A stretch of DNA of 64,000 nucleotides from the NCBI GenBank assembly GCA_964016885.1, contig OZ024742.1, positions 167,586,001 to 167,650,000 of the forward strand. Reading direction: 5' to 3'. Of this stretch, positions 53,101 through 64,000 are shown one piece after another; positions within the stretch are counted from its first letter, which is position 1; each line of letters starts with the position of its first letter. The position numbers and the translations under genes were made by a program. The notes under the pieces are model-generated. The model did no database searches. It saw nothing but the letters and a program-made list of their open reading frames with translations, and was not told the origin of the DNA. The DNA comes from Eledone cirrhosa. Its lineage: Eukaryota.

Positions 53101-53594
53101 CTATAATTTCCAGTGTCCAAGGGGAGATAATTTCCAGCCAGCGAAGGGGAGATAATTTTTTTAAAAAAATCAGGGGGAGATATGTAAAAAAAATCAGAGG
53201 GAGATAATTTCCAGCCGTCCAAAGAGAGATAATTTCTAGCCGTCCAAGGGGAGAAAATTTCCAGCCAAGGGGAGATAATTTCCAGCCGTCCAAGGGGAGA
53301 TAATTTTTTAAAAAATCAGGGGGAGATAATTTGTAAAAACAAAATCAAGGGCAGATAATTTCCAGCTGTCCAAGGGGAGATAGTTTCCAGCCGTGCAAGG
53401 GGAGATAATTTCCAGCCGTCCAAGGGGAGATAATTTCCATACTTCCAAGGGGAGATAATTTCCAGCCGTCCAAGGGGAGATAATTTCCCGCCAGCCAAGG
53501 GAAGATAATTTGTAAAAAAATCAGGGGGAGATAATTTGTAAAAAAAAAATCAGGGGGAGATAATTTGTAAAAAAAAAATCAGGGGTAGATAATT

Positions 53595-56500
53595 TGTAAA
53601 AAAAATCAGGGCTAGATAATTTGTAAAAAAAAATCAGGGGAAGATAATTTGTAAAAAAAAATCAGGGGGAGATAATTTGTAAAAAAATCAAGGGGAGATA
53701 ATATGCAGCCGTCCAAGGGGAGATAATTTTCAGCCGTCCAAGGAGAGGTAATTTCTAGCCGTCCAAGGGGAGATAATTTCCAGCCGTCCAAGGGGAGATA
53801 ATTTCCAGCCGTCCAAGGGGAGATAGTTTTTTTAAAAAATCAGCCGGAGATAATTTGTAAAAAAAAAATCAGGGGGAGATAATTTGTAAAAAAAAATCAG
53901 AGGGAGATAATTTGTAAAAAAAAATCAGGGGGAGATAATTTGTAAAAAAAATCAAGGGGAGATAATTTCCAGCCCTCCAAGGGAAGATAATTTCCAGCCC
54001 TCGAAGGGGCTATAATTTCCAGCGTCCAAGGGGAGATAATTTCCAGCCAGCGAAGGGGAGATAATTTTTTTAAAAAAATCATTGGGAGATTTGTAAAAAA
54101 AATCAGGGGGAGATAATTAGTAAAAAAAATCAAGGGGAGATAATTTCCAGCCGTCCAAGGGGAGGTAATATCTAGCCGTCCAAGGGGAGATAATTTCCAG
54201 CCGTCCAAGGGGAGATAATTTCCAGCCGTCCAAGGGTAGATAATATCCAGCCGTCCAAGTAGACATTTTCCAGCCGTCCAAGGAGAGGTAATTTCTAGCC
54301 GTCCAAGGGCAGATAAATTCCAGCCTCCAAGGGGAGATAATTTCCAGCCAGCCAAGGGGAGATAATTTGTAAAAAAATCAGGGGGAGATAATTTGTAAAA
54401 AAAATCAGGGGGAGATAATTTGTAAAAAAAAATCAGGGGGAGATAATTTGTAAAAAAAAATCAGGGGGAGATAATTTGTAAAAAAAAATCAGGGGGAGAT
54501 AATTTGTAAAAAAAAATCAGGGGGAGATAATTTCTAAAAAAATCAAGGGGAGATAATTTCCAGCCGTCCAAGGGGAGATAATTTTCAGCCGTCCAAGGGG
54601 AGATAATTTCCAGCCGTCCAAGGGGAGATAATTTCCATCCTTCCAAGGGGAGATAATTTCCAGCCGTCCAAGGGGAGATAATTTTCAGCCGTCCAAGGGG
54701 AGATAATTTCCCGCCAGCCAAGGGAAGATAATATTTTAAAAAATCAGGCGGAGATAATTTGTAAAAAAAATCAGGGGGAGATAATTTGTAAAAAAATCAG
54801 GGGGAGATAATTTGTAAAAAAAAAATCAGGGGGAGATAATTTGTAAAAAAAATCAGGGGGAGATAATTTGTAAAAAAAAATCAGGGGTAGATAATTTGTA
54901 AAAAAAAATCAGGGGGAGATAATTTGTAAAAAAAAAATCAGGGGGAGATAATTTGTAAAAAAAATCAAGGGGAGATAATTTCCAGCCGTCCAAGGAGAGA
55001 TAATTTTTTAAAAAAATCAGGCGGAGATAATTTGTAAAAAAAAATCAAGGGGAGATAATTTGTAAAAAAAAATCAAGGGGAGATAATTTGTAAAAAAAAT
55101 CAAGGGGAGATAATTTCCAGCCGTCCAAGGGAAGATAATTTCCAGCACTCCAAGGGGCTATAATTTCCAGTGTCCAAGGGGAGATAATTTCCAGCCAGCG
55201 AAGGGGAGATAATTTTTTTTAAAAAATCAGGGGGAGATATGTAAAAAAAATCAGAGGGAGATAATTTCTAAAAAAAATCAAAGGGAGATAATTTCCAGCC
55301 GTCCAAAGAGAGATAATTTCTAGCCGTCCAAGGGGAGATAATTTCCAGCCAAGGGGAGATAATTTCCAGCCGTCCAAGGGGAGATAATTATTTAAAAAAT
55401 CAGGTGGAGATAATTTGTAAAAAAAATCAGGGGGAGATAATTTGTAAAAACAAAATCAAGGGCAGATAATTTCCAGCTGTCCAAGGGGAGATAATTTCCA
55501 GCCGTGCAAGGGGAGATAATTTCCAGCCGTCCAAGGGGAGATAATTTCCATCCTTCCAAGGGGAGATAATGTCCAGCCGTCCAAGGGGAGATAATTTCCC
55601 GCCAGCCAAGGGAAGATAATTTTTAAAAAAATCAGGCGGAGATTGTAAAAAAAATCAGGGGGAGATAATTTGTAAAAAAAAAATCAGGGGGAGATAATTT
55701 GTAAAAAAAATCAGGGGTAGATAATTTGTAAAAAAAAATCAGGGGGAGATAATTTGTAAAAAAAAATCAGGGGGAGATAATTTCTAAAAAAATCAAGGGG
55801 AGATAATATGCAGCCGTCCAAGGGGAGATAATTTTCAGCCGTCCAAGGAGAGGTAATTTCTAGCCGTCCAAGGGGAGATAATTTCCAGCCGTCCAAGGGG
55901 AGATAATTTCCAGCCGTCCAAGGGGAGATAGTTTTTTTAAAAAAATCAGGCGGAGATAATTTGTAAAAAAAAAATCAGGGGGAGATAATTTGTAAAAAAA
56001 AATCAGGGGGAGATAATTTGTGAAAAAAAAATCAGGGGGAGATAATTTGTAAAAAAAATCAGGGGGAGATAATTAGTAAAAAAAATCAAGGGGAGATAAT
56101 TTCCAGCCGTCCAAGGGGAGGTAATATCTAGCCGTCCAAGGGGAGATAATTTCCAGCCGTCCAAGGGGAGATAATTTCCAGCCGTCCAAGGGTAGATAAT
56201 ATCCAGCCGTCCAAGTAGACATATTTTCCAGCCGTCCAAGGAGAGGTAATTTCTAGCCGTCCAAGGGGAGATAAATTCCAGCCTCCAAGGGGAGATAATT
56301 TCCAGCCAGCCAAGGGGAGATAATTTGTAAAAAAATCAGGGGAGATAATTTGTAAAAAAAATCAGGGGGAGATAATTTGTAAAAAAAAATCAGGGGGAGA
56401 TAATTTGTAAAAAAAAATCAGGGGGAGATAATTTGTAAAAAAAATCAGGGGGAGATAATTTGTAAAAAAAAATCAGGGGGAGATAATTTGTAAAAAAAAA

Positions 56501-59500
56501 TCAGGGGGAGATAATTTGTAAAAAAAAATCAGGGGGAGATAATTTGTAAAAAAAATCAAGGGGAGATAATATGCAGCCGTCCAAGGGGAGATAATTTTCA
56601 GCCGTCCAAGGAGAGGTAATTTCTAGCCGTCCAAGGGGAGATAATTTCCAGCCGTCCAAGGGGAGATAATTTCCAGCCGTCCAAGGGGAGATAGTTTTTT
56701 TAAAAAATCAGCCGGAGATAATTTGTAAAAAAAAAATCAGGGGGAGATAATTTGTAAAAAAAAATCAGGGGGAGATAATTTGTAAAAAAAAATCAGGGGG
56801 AGATAATTTGTAAAAAAAATCAAGGGGAGATAATTTCCAGCCGTCCAAGGGGAGATAATTTCCAGCCGTCCAAGGGGAGGTAATATCTAGCCGTCCAAGG
56901 GGAGATAATTTCCAGCCGTCCAAGAGGAGATAATTTCCAGCCGTCCAAGGGTAGATAATATCCAGCCGTCCAAGGAGACATATTTTCCAGCCGTCCAAGG
57001 AGAGGTAATTTCTAGCCGTCCAAGGGGAGATAAATTCCAGCCTCCAAGGGGAGATAATTTGTAAAAAAATCAGGGGGAGATAATTTGTAAAAAAAATCAG
57101 GGGGAGATAATTTGTAAAAAAAAATCAGGGGGAGATAATTTGTAAAAAAAATCAGGGGGAGATAATTTGTAAAAAAAAATCAAGGGGAGATAATTTCCAG
57201 CCGTCCAAGGGGAGATAATTTTCAGCCGCCCAAGGGGAGATAATTTCCCGCCAGCCAAGGGAAGATAATATTTAAAAAATCAGGCGGAGATAATTTGTAA
57301 AAAAAATCAGGGGGAGATAATTTGTAAAAAAATCAGGGGGAGATAATTTGTAAAAAAAAAATCAGGGGGAGATAATTTGTAAAAAAAATCAGGGGGAGAT
57401 GATTTGTAAAAAAAATCAGGGGTAGATAATTTGTAAAAAGAAATCAGGGGGAGATAATTTGTAAAAAAAAATCAGGGGGAGATAATTTGTAAAAAAAATC
57501 AAGAGGAGATAATTTCCAGCCGTCGAAGGGAAGATAGTTTCCAGCCCTCCAAGGGGCTATAATTTCCAGCGTCCAAGGGGAGATAATTTCCAGCCAGCGA
57601 AGGGGAGATAATTTTTTAAAAAAATCATTGGGAGATTTGTAAAAAAAATCAGGGGGAGATAATTGGTAAAAAAAATCAAGGGGAGATAATTTCCAGCCGT
57701 CCAAGGGGAGGTAATATCTAGCCGTCCAAGGGGAGATAATTTCCAGCCGTCCAAGGGGAGATAATTTCCAGCCGTCCAAGGGTAGATAATATCCAGCCGT
57801 CCAAGTAGACATTTTCCAGCCGTCCAAGGAGAGGTAATTTCTAGCCGTCCAAGGGGAGATAAATTCCAGCCTCCAAGGGGAGATAATTTCCAGCCAGCCA
57901 AGGGGAGATAATTTGTAAAAAAATCAGGGGGAGATAATTTGTAAAAAAAATCAGGGGGAGATAATTTGTAAAAAAAATCAAGGGGAGATAATTTCCAGCC
58001 GTCCAAGGGGAGATAATTTTCAGCCGTCCAAGGGGAGATAATTTCCCGCCAGCCAAGGGAAGATAATATTTAAAAAAATCAGGCGGAGATAATTTGTAAA
58101 AAAAATCAGGGGGAGATAATTTGTAAAAAAATCAGGGGGAGTTAATTTGTAAAAAAAAAATCAGGGGGAGATAATTTGTAAAAAAAATCAGGGGGAGATA
58201 ATTTGTAAAAAAAAATCAGGGGGAGATAATTTGTAAAAAAAAATCAGGGGGAGATAATTTGTAAAAAAAATCAAGGGGAGATAATTTCCAGCCGTCCAAG
58301 GAGAGATAATTTAAAAAAAAAATCAGGCGGAGATAATTTGTAAAAAAAAATCAAGGGGAGATAATTTGTAAAAAAAAATCAGGGGGAGATAATTTGTAAA
58401 AAAAATCAAGGGGAGATAATTTCCAGCCGTCCAAGGGAAGATAATTTCCAGCACTCCAAGGGGCTATAATTTCCAGTGTCCAAGGGGAGATAATTTCCAG
58501 CCAGCGAAGGGGAGATAATTTTTTTTAAAAAATCAGGGGGAGATATGTAAAAAAAATCAGAGGGAGATAATTTCTAAAAAAAATCAAAGGGAGATAATTT
58601 CCAGCCGTCCAAAGAGAGATAATTTCTAGCCGTCCAAGGGGAGATAATTTCCAGCCAAGGGGAGATAATATCCAGCCGTCCAAGGGGAGATAATTTTTTA
58701 AAAAATCAGGTGGAGATAATTTGTAAAAAAAATCAGGGGGAGATAATTTGTAAAAACAAAATCAAGGGCAGATAATTTCCAGCTGTCCAAGGGGAGATAA
58801 TTTCCAGCCGTGCAAGGGGAGATAATTTCCAGCCGTCCAAGGGGAGATAATTTCCATCCTTCCAAGGGGAGATAATCTCCAGCCGTCCAAGGGGAGATAA
58901 TTTCCCGCCAGCCAAGGGAAGATAATTTTTAAAAAAATCAGGCGGAGATAATTTGTAAAAAAAATCAAGGGGAGATAATTTGTAAAAAAAAATCAGGGGG
59001 AGATAATTTGTAAAAAAAATCAAGGGGAGATAATTTCCAGCCGTCCAAGGGAAGATAATTTCCAGCACTCCAAGGGGCTATAATTTCCAGTGTCCAAGGG
59101 GAGATAATTTCCAGCCAGCGAAGGGGAGATAATTTTTTTAAAAAAATCAGGGGGAGATATGTAAAAAAAATCAGAGGGAGATAATTTCCAGCCGTCCAAA
59201 GAGAGATAATTTCTAGCCGTCCAAGGGGAGAAAATTTCCAGCCAAGGGGAGATAATTTCCAGCCGTCCAAGGGGAGATAATTTTTTAAAAAATCAGGGGG
59301 AGATAATTTGTAAAAACAAAATCAAGGGCAGATAATTTCCAGCTGTCCAAGGGGAGATAGTTTCCAGCCGTGCAAGGGGAGATAATTTCCAGCCGTCCAA
59401 GGGGAGATAATTTCCATACTTCCAAGGGGAGATAATTTCCAGCCGTCCAAGGGGAGATAATTTCCCGCCAGCCAAGGGAAGATAATTTGTAAAAAAATCA

Positions 59501-62500
59501 GGGGGAGATAATTTGTAAAAAAAAAATCAGGGGGAGATAATTTGTAAAAAAAAATCAGGGGGAGATAATTTGTAAAAAAAAAATCAGGGGTAGATAATTT
59601 GTAAAAAAAATCAGGGCTAGATAATTTGTAAAAAAAAATCAGGGGGAGATAATTTGTAAAAAAAAATCAGGGGGAGATAATATGCAGCCGTCCAAGGGGA
59701 GATAATTTTCAGCCGTCCAAGGAGAGGTAATTTCTAGCCGTCCAAGGGGAGATAATTTCCAGCCGTCCAAGGGGAGATAATTTCCAGCCGTCCAAGGGGA
59801 GATAGTTTTTTTAAAAAATCAGCCGGAGATAATTTGTAAAAAAAAAATCAGGGGGAGATAATTTGTTAAAAAAAATCAGGGGGAGATAATTTGTAAAAAA
59901 AAATCAGGGGGAGATAATTTGTAAAAAAAATCAAGGGGAGATAATTTCCAGCCGTCCAAGGGAAGATAATTTCCAGCCCTCGAAGGGGCTATAATTTCCA
60001 GCGTCCAAGGGGAGATAATTTCCAGCCAGCGAAGGGGAGATAATTTTTTAAAAAAAATCATTGGGAGATTTGTAAAAAAAATCAGGGGGAGATAATTAGT
60101 AAAAAAAATCAAGGGGAGATAATTTCCAGCCGTCCAAGGGGAGGTAATATCTAGCCGTCCAAGGGGAGATAATTTCCAGCCGTCCAAGGGGAGATAATTT
60201 CCAGCCGTCCAAGGGTAGATAATATCCAGCCGTCCAAGTAGACATTTTCCAGCCGTCCAAGGAGAGGTAATTTCTAGCCGTCCAAGGGGAGATAAATTCC
60301 AGCCTCCAAAGGGAGATAATTTCCAGCCAGCCAAGGGGAGATAATTTGTAAAAAAATCAGGGGGAGATAATTTGTAAAAAAAATCAGGGGGAGATAATTT
60401 GTAAACAAAAATCAGGGGGAGATAATTTGTAAAAAAAATCAGGGGGAGATAATTTGTAAAAAAAATCAGGGGGAGATAATTTGTAAAAAAAAATCAAGGG
60501 GAGATAATTTCCAGCCGTCCAAGGGGAGATAATTTTCAGCCGTCCAAGGGGAGATAATTTCCAGCCGTCCAAGGGGAGATAATTTCCATCCTTCCAAGGG
60601 GAGATAATTTCCAGCCGTCCAAGGGGAGATAATTTTCAGCCGTCCAAGGGGAGATAATTTCCCGCCAGCCAAGGGAAGATAATATTTTAAAAAATCAGGC
60701 GGAGATAATTTGTAAAAAAAATCAGGGGGAGATAATTTGTAAAAAAATTAGGGGGAGATAATTTGTAAAAAAAAAATCAGGGGGAGATAATTTGTAAAAA
60801 AAATCAGGGGGAGATAATTTGTAAAAAAAAATCAGGGGTAGATAATTTGTAAAAAAAAATCAGGGGGAGATAATTTGTAAAAAAAAAATCAGGGGGAGAT
60901 AATTTGTAAAAAAAATCAAGGGGAGATAATTTCCAGCCGTCCAAGGAGAGATAATTTTTTAAAAAAATCAGGCGGAGATAATTTGTAAAAAAAAATCAAG
61001 GGGAGATAATTTGTAAAAAAAAATCAAGGGGAGATAATTTGTAAAAAAAATCAAGGGGAGATAATTTCCAGCCGTCCAAGGGAAGATAATTTCCAGCACT
61101 CCAAGGGGCTATAATTTCCAGTGTCCAAGGGGAGATAATTTCCAGCCAGCGAAGGGGAGATAATTTTTTTAAAAAAATCAGGGGGAGATATGTAAAAAAA
61201 ATCAGAGGGAGATAATTTCTAAAAAAAATCAAAGGGAGATAATTTCCAGCCGTCCAAAGAGAGATAATTTCTAGCCGTCCAAGGGGAGATAATTTCCAGC
61301 CAAGGGGAGATAATTTCCAGCCGTCCAAGGGGAGATAATTATTTAAAAAATCAGGTGGAGATAATTTGTAAAAAAAATCAGGGGGAGATAATTTGTAAAA
61401 ACAAAATCAAGGGCAGATAATTTCCAGCTGTCCAAGGGGAGATAATTTCCAGCCGTGCAAGGGGAGATAATTTCCAGCCGTCCAAGGGGAGATAATTTCC
61501 ATCCTTCCAAGGGGAGATAATGTCCAGCCGTCCAAGGGGAGATAATTTCCCGCCAGCCAAGGGAAGATAATTTTTAAAAAAATCAGGCGGAGATTGTAAA
61601 AAAAATCAGGGGGAGATAATTTGTAAAAAAAAAATCAGGGGGAGATAATTTGTAAAAAAAATCAGGGGTAGATAATTTGTAAAAAAAAATCAGGGGGAGA
61701 TAATTTGTAAAAAAAAATCAGGGGGAGATAATTTCTAAAAAAATCAAGGGGAGATAATATGCAGCCGTCCAAGGGGAGATAATTTTCAGCCGTCCAAGGA
61801 GAGGTAATTTCTAGCCGTCCAAGGGGAGATAATTTCCAGCCGTCCAAGGGGAGATAATTTCCAGCCGTCCAAGGGGAGATAGTTTTTTTAAAAAAATCAT
61901 GCGGAGATAATTTGTAAAAAAAAAAATCAGGGGGAGATAATTCGTAAAAAAAATCAGGGGGAGATAATTTGTGAAAAAAAAATCAGGGGGAGATAATTTG
62001 TAAAAAAAATCAGGGGGAGATAATTAGTAAAAAAAATCAAGGGGAGATAATTTCCAGCCGTCCAAGGGGAGGTAATATCTAGCCGTCCAAGGGGAGATAA
62101 TTTCCAGCCGTCCAAGGGGAGATAATTTCCAGCCGTCCAAGGGTAGATAATATCCAGCCGTCCAAGTAGACATATTTTCCAGCCGTCCAAGGAGAGGTAA
62201 TTTCTAGCCGTCCAAGGGGAGATAAATTCCAGCCTCCAAGGGGAGATAATTTCCAGCCAGCCAAGGGGAGATAATTTGTAAAAAAATCAGGGGAGATAAT
62301 TTGTAAAAAAAATCAGGGGGAGATAATTTGTAAAAAAAAATCAGGGGGAGATAATTTGTAAAAAAAAATCAGGGGGAGATAATTTGTAAAAAAAATCAGG
62401 GGGAGATAATTTGTAAAAAAAAATCAGGGGGAGATAATTTGTAAAAAAAAATCAGGGGGAGATAATTTGTAAAAAAAAATCAGGGGGAGATAATTTGTAA

Positions 62501-64000
62501 AAAAAATCAAGGGGAGATAATTTCCAGCCGTCCAAGGGGAGATAATTTCCAGCCGTCCAAGGGGAGGTAATATCTAGCCGTCCAAGGGGAGATAATTTCC
62601 AGCCGTCCAAGAGGAGATAATTTCCAGCCGTCCAAGGGTAGATAATATCCAGCCGTCCAAGGAGACATATTTTCCAGCCGTCCAAGGAGAGGTAATTTCT
62701 AGCCGTCCAAGGGGAGATAAATTCCAGCCTCCAAGGGGAGATAATTTGTAAAAAATCAGGGGGAGATAATTTGTAAAAAAAATCAGGGGGAGATAATTTG
62801 TAAAAAAAAATCAGGGGGAGATAATTTGTAAAAAAAATCAGGGGGAGATAATTTGTAAAAAAAAATCAAGGGGAGATAATTTCCAGCCGTCCAAGGGGAG
62901 ATAATTTTCAGCCGCCCAAGGGGAGATAATTTCCCGCCAGCCAAGGGAAGATAATATTTAAAAAATCAGGCGGAGATAATTTGTAAAAAAAATCAGGGGG
63001 AGATAATTTGTAAAAAAATCAGGGGGAGATAATTTGTAAAAAAAAAATCAGGGGGAGATAATTTGTAAAAAAAATCAGGGGGAGATGATTTGTAAAAAAA
63101 ATCAGGGGTAGATAATTTGTAAAAAAAAATCAGGGGGAGATAATTTGTAAAAAAAAATCAGGGGGAGATAATTTGTAAAAAAAATCAAGAGGAGATAATT
63201 TCCAGCCGTCGAAGGGAAGATAGTTTCCAGCCCTCCAAGGGGCTATAATTTCCAGCGTCCAAGGGGAGATAATTTCCAGCCAGCGAAGGGGAGATAATTT
63301 TTTTAAAAAAATCATTGGGAGATTTGTAAAAAAAATCAGGGGGAGATAATTGGTAAAAAAAATCAAGGGGAGATAATTTCCAGCCGTCCAAGGGGAGGTA
63401 ATATCTAGCCGTCCAAGGGGAGATAATTTCCAGCCGTCCAAGGGGAGATAATTTCCAGCCGTCCAAGGGTAGATAATATCCAGCCGTCCAAGTAGACATT
63501 TTCCAGCCGTCCAAGGAGAGGTAATTTCTAGCCGTCCAAGGGGAGATAAATTCCAGCCTCCAAGGGGAGATAATTTCCAGCCAGCCAAGGGGAGATAATT
63601 TGTAAAAAAATCAGGGGGAGATAATTTGTAAAAAAAATCAGGGGGAGATATTTTGTAAAAAAAAATCAGGGGGAGATAATTTGTAAAAAAAAATCAGGGG
63701 GAGATAATTTGTAAAAAAAAATCAGGGGGAGATAATTTGTAAAAAAAATCAAGGGGAGATAATTTCCAGCCGTCCAAGGGGAGATAATTTTCAGACGTCC
63801 AAGGGGAGATAATTTCCCGCCAGCCAAGGGAAGATAATATTTAAAAAAATCAGGCGGAGATAATTTGTAAAAAAAATCAGGGGGAGATAATTTGTAAAAA
63901 AATCAGGGGGAGATAATTTGTAAAAAAAAAATCAGGGGGAGATAATTTGTAAAAAAAATCAGGGGGAGATAATTTGTAAAAAAAAATCAGGGGTAGATAA
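53595..64000 (+). repeat. Direct copy of 1-10406 (offset 53,594 bp)
   Basis: Every ORF from 303 to 9591 reappears at exactly +53,594 (303->53897, 1833->55427, 9536->63130). Shared private variants include CAGGGGAAGA, AAGGGCAGATAAATT and TTTTCAGACGTCC (10201/63795). Confidence 0.95.

Larger units (their letters stand above)
1..64000 (+). repeat. Complex two-monomer tandem satellite array (25-bp type A and ~27-bp type B sharing the core GGGGAGATAATTT), head-to-tail, running off both ends of the window
   Basis: The core GGGGAGATAATTT or a 1-2 nt variant recurs every ~21-30 bp from the first to the last line. No unique sequence or inverted copies were seen. Confidence 0.99.

Noticed and set aside
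303-63588. About 150 minus-strand ORFs of 60-246 aa (longest 15254-15994 and 20660-21355), superficially leucine-rich-repeat-like
   Set aside because: They are translations of 25-bp and variable-length units, overlap in several frames and begin at TTG inside the repeat. Single-base homopolymer differences between copies open or break them, so frame is not conserved.
1-64000. CRISPR array (constant repeat plus variable spacer)
   Set aside because: The constant part is only 13 bp. The intervening 12-16 nt fall into two recurring classes rather than unique spacers, and there are no cas genes or leader.
1-64000. Canonical G-quadruplex array
   Set aside because: G4-5 tracts are separated by ~21-24 nt, far longer than typical 1-7 nt loops. 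Stable intramolecular G4 is not supported without experiment.
1-64000. Telomerase-type telomeric repeat or a named centromeric satellite
   Set aside because: Two monomer types with inherited variant cassettes and kb-scale duplications point to recombinational amplification rather than template synthesis. I cannot match it to a named family, and no positional evidence is available.

Overview
The whole 64-kb window is one uninterrupted, single-orientation satellite DNA array of roughly 2,400 monomers (64,000 / ~26.5 bp). I see no credible gene, RNA gene, transposon or unique sequence. It uses two related monomers that share the 13-bp core GGGGAGATAATTT: type A, GGGGAGATAATTT-CCAGCCGTCCAA (25 bp), and type B, GGGGAGATAATTT-GT-A(6-11)-TCAG (mostly 26-29 bp). 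These alternate in short runs with stereotyped junction monomers. About six variant-marked cassettes are shuffled into nested higher-order repeats with offsets of ~262, ~560-615, ~980, 1,248, ~3,150-3,180, 4,645, ~5,950, ~8,900, 10,380, 14,377, 23,481, 26,947 and 53,594 bp, read from recurring ORF coordinates and shared private variants. All listed ORFs are minus-strand, TTG-initiated by-products of the repeat. The organism and chromosomal role (for example centromeric or heterochromatic) cannot be determined from the sequence. Most boundaries are approximate because they were read by eye.
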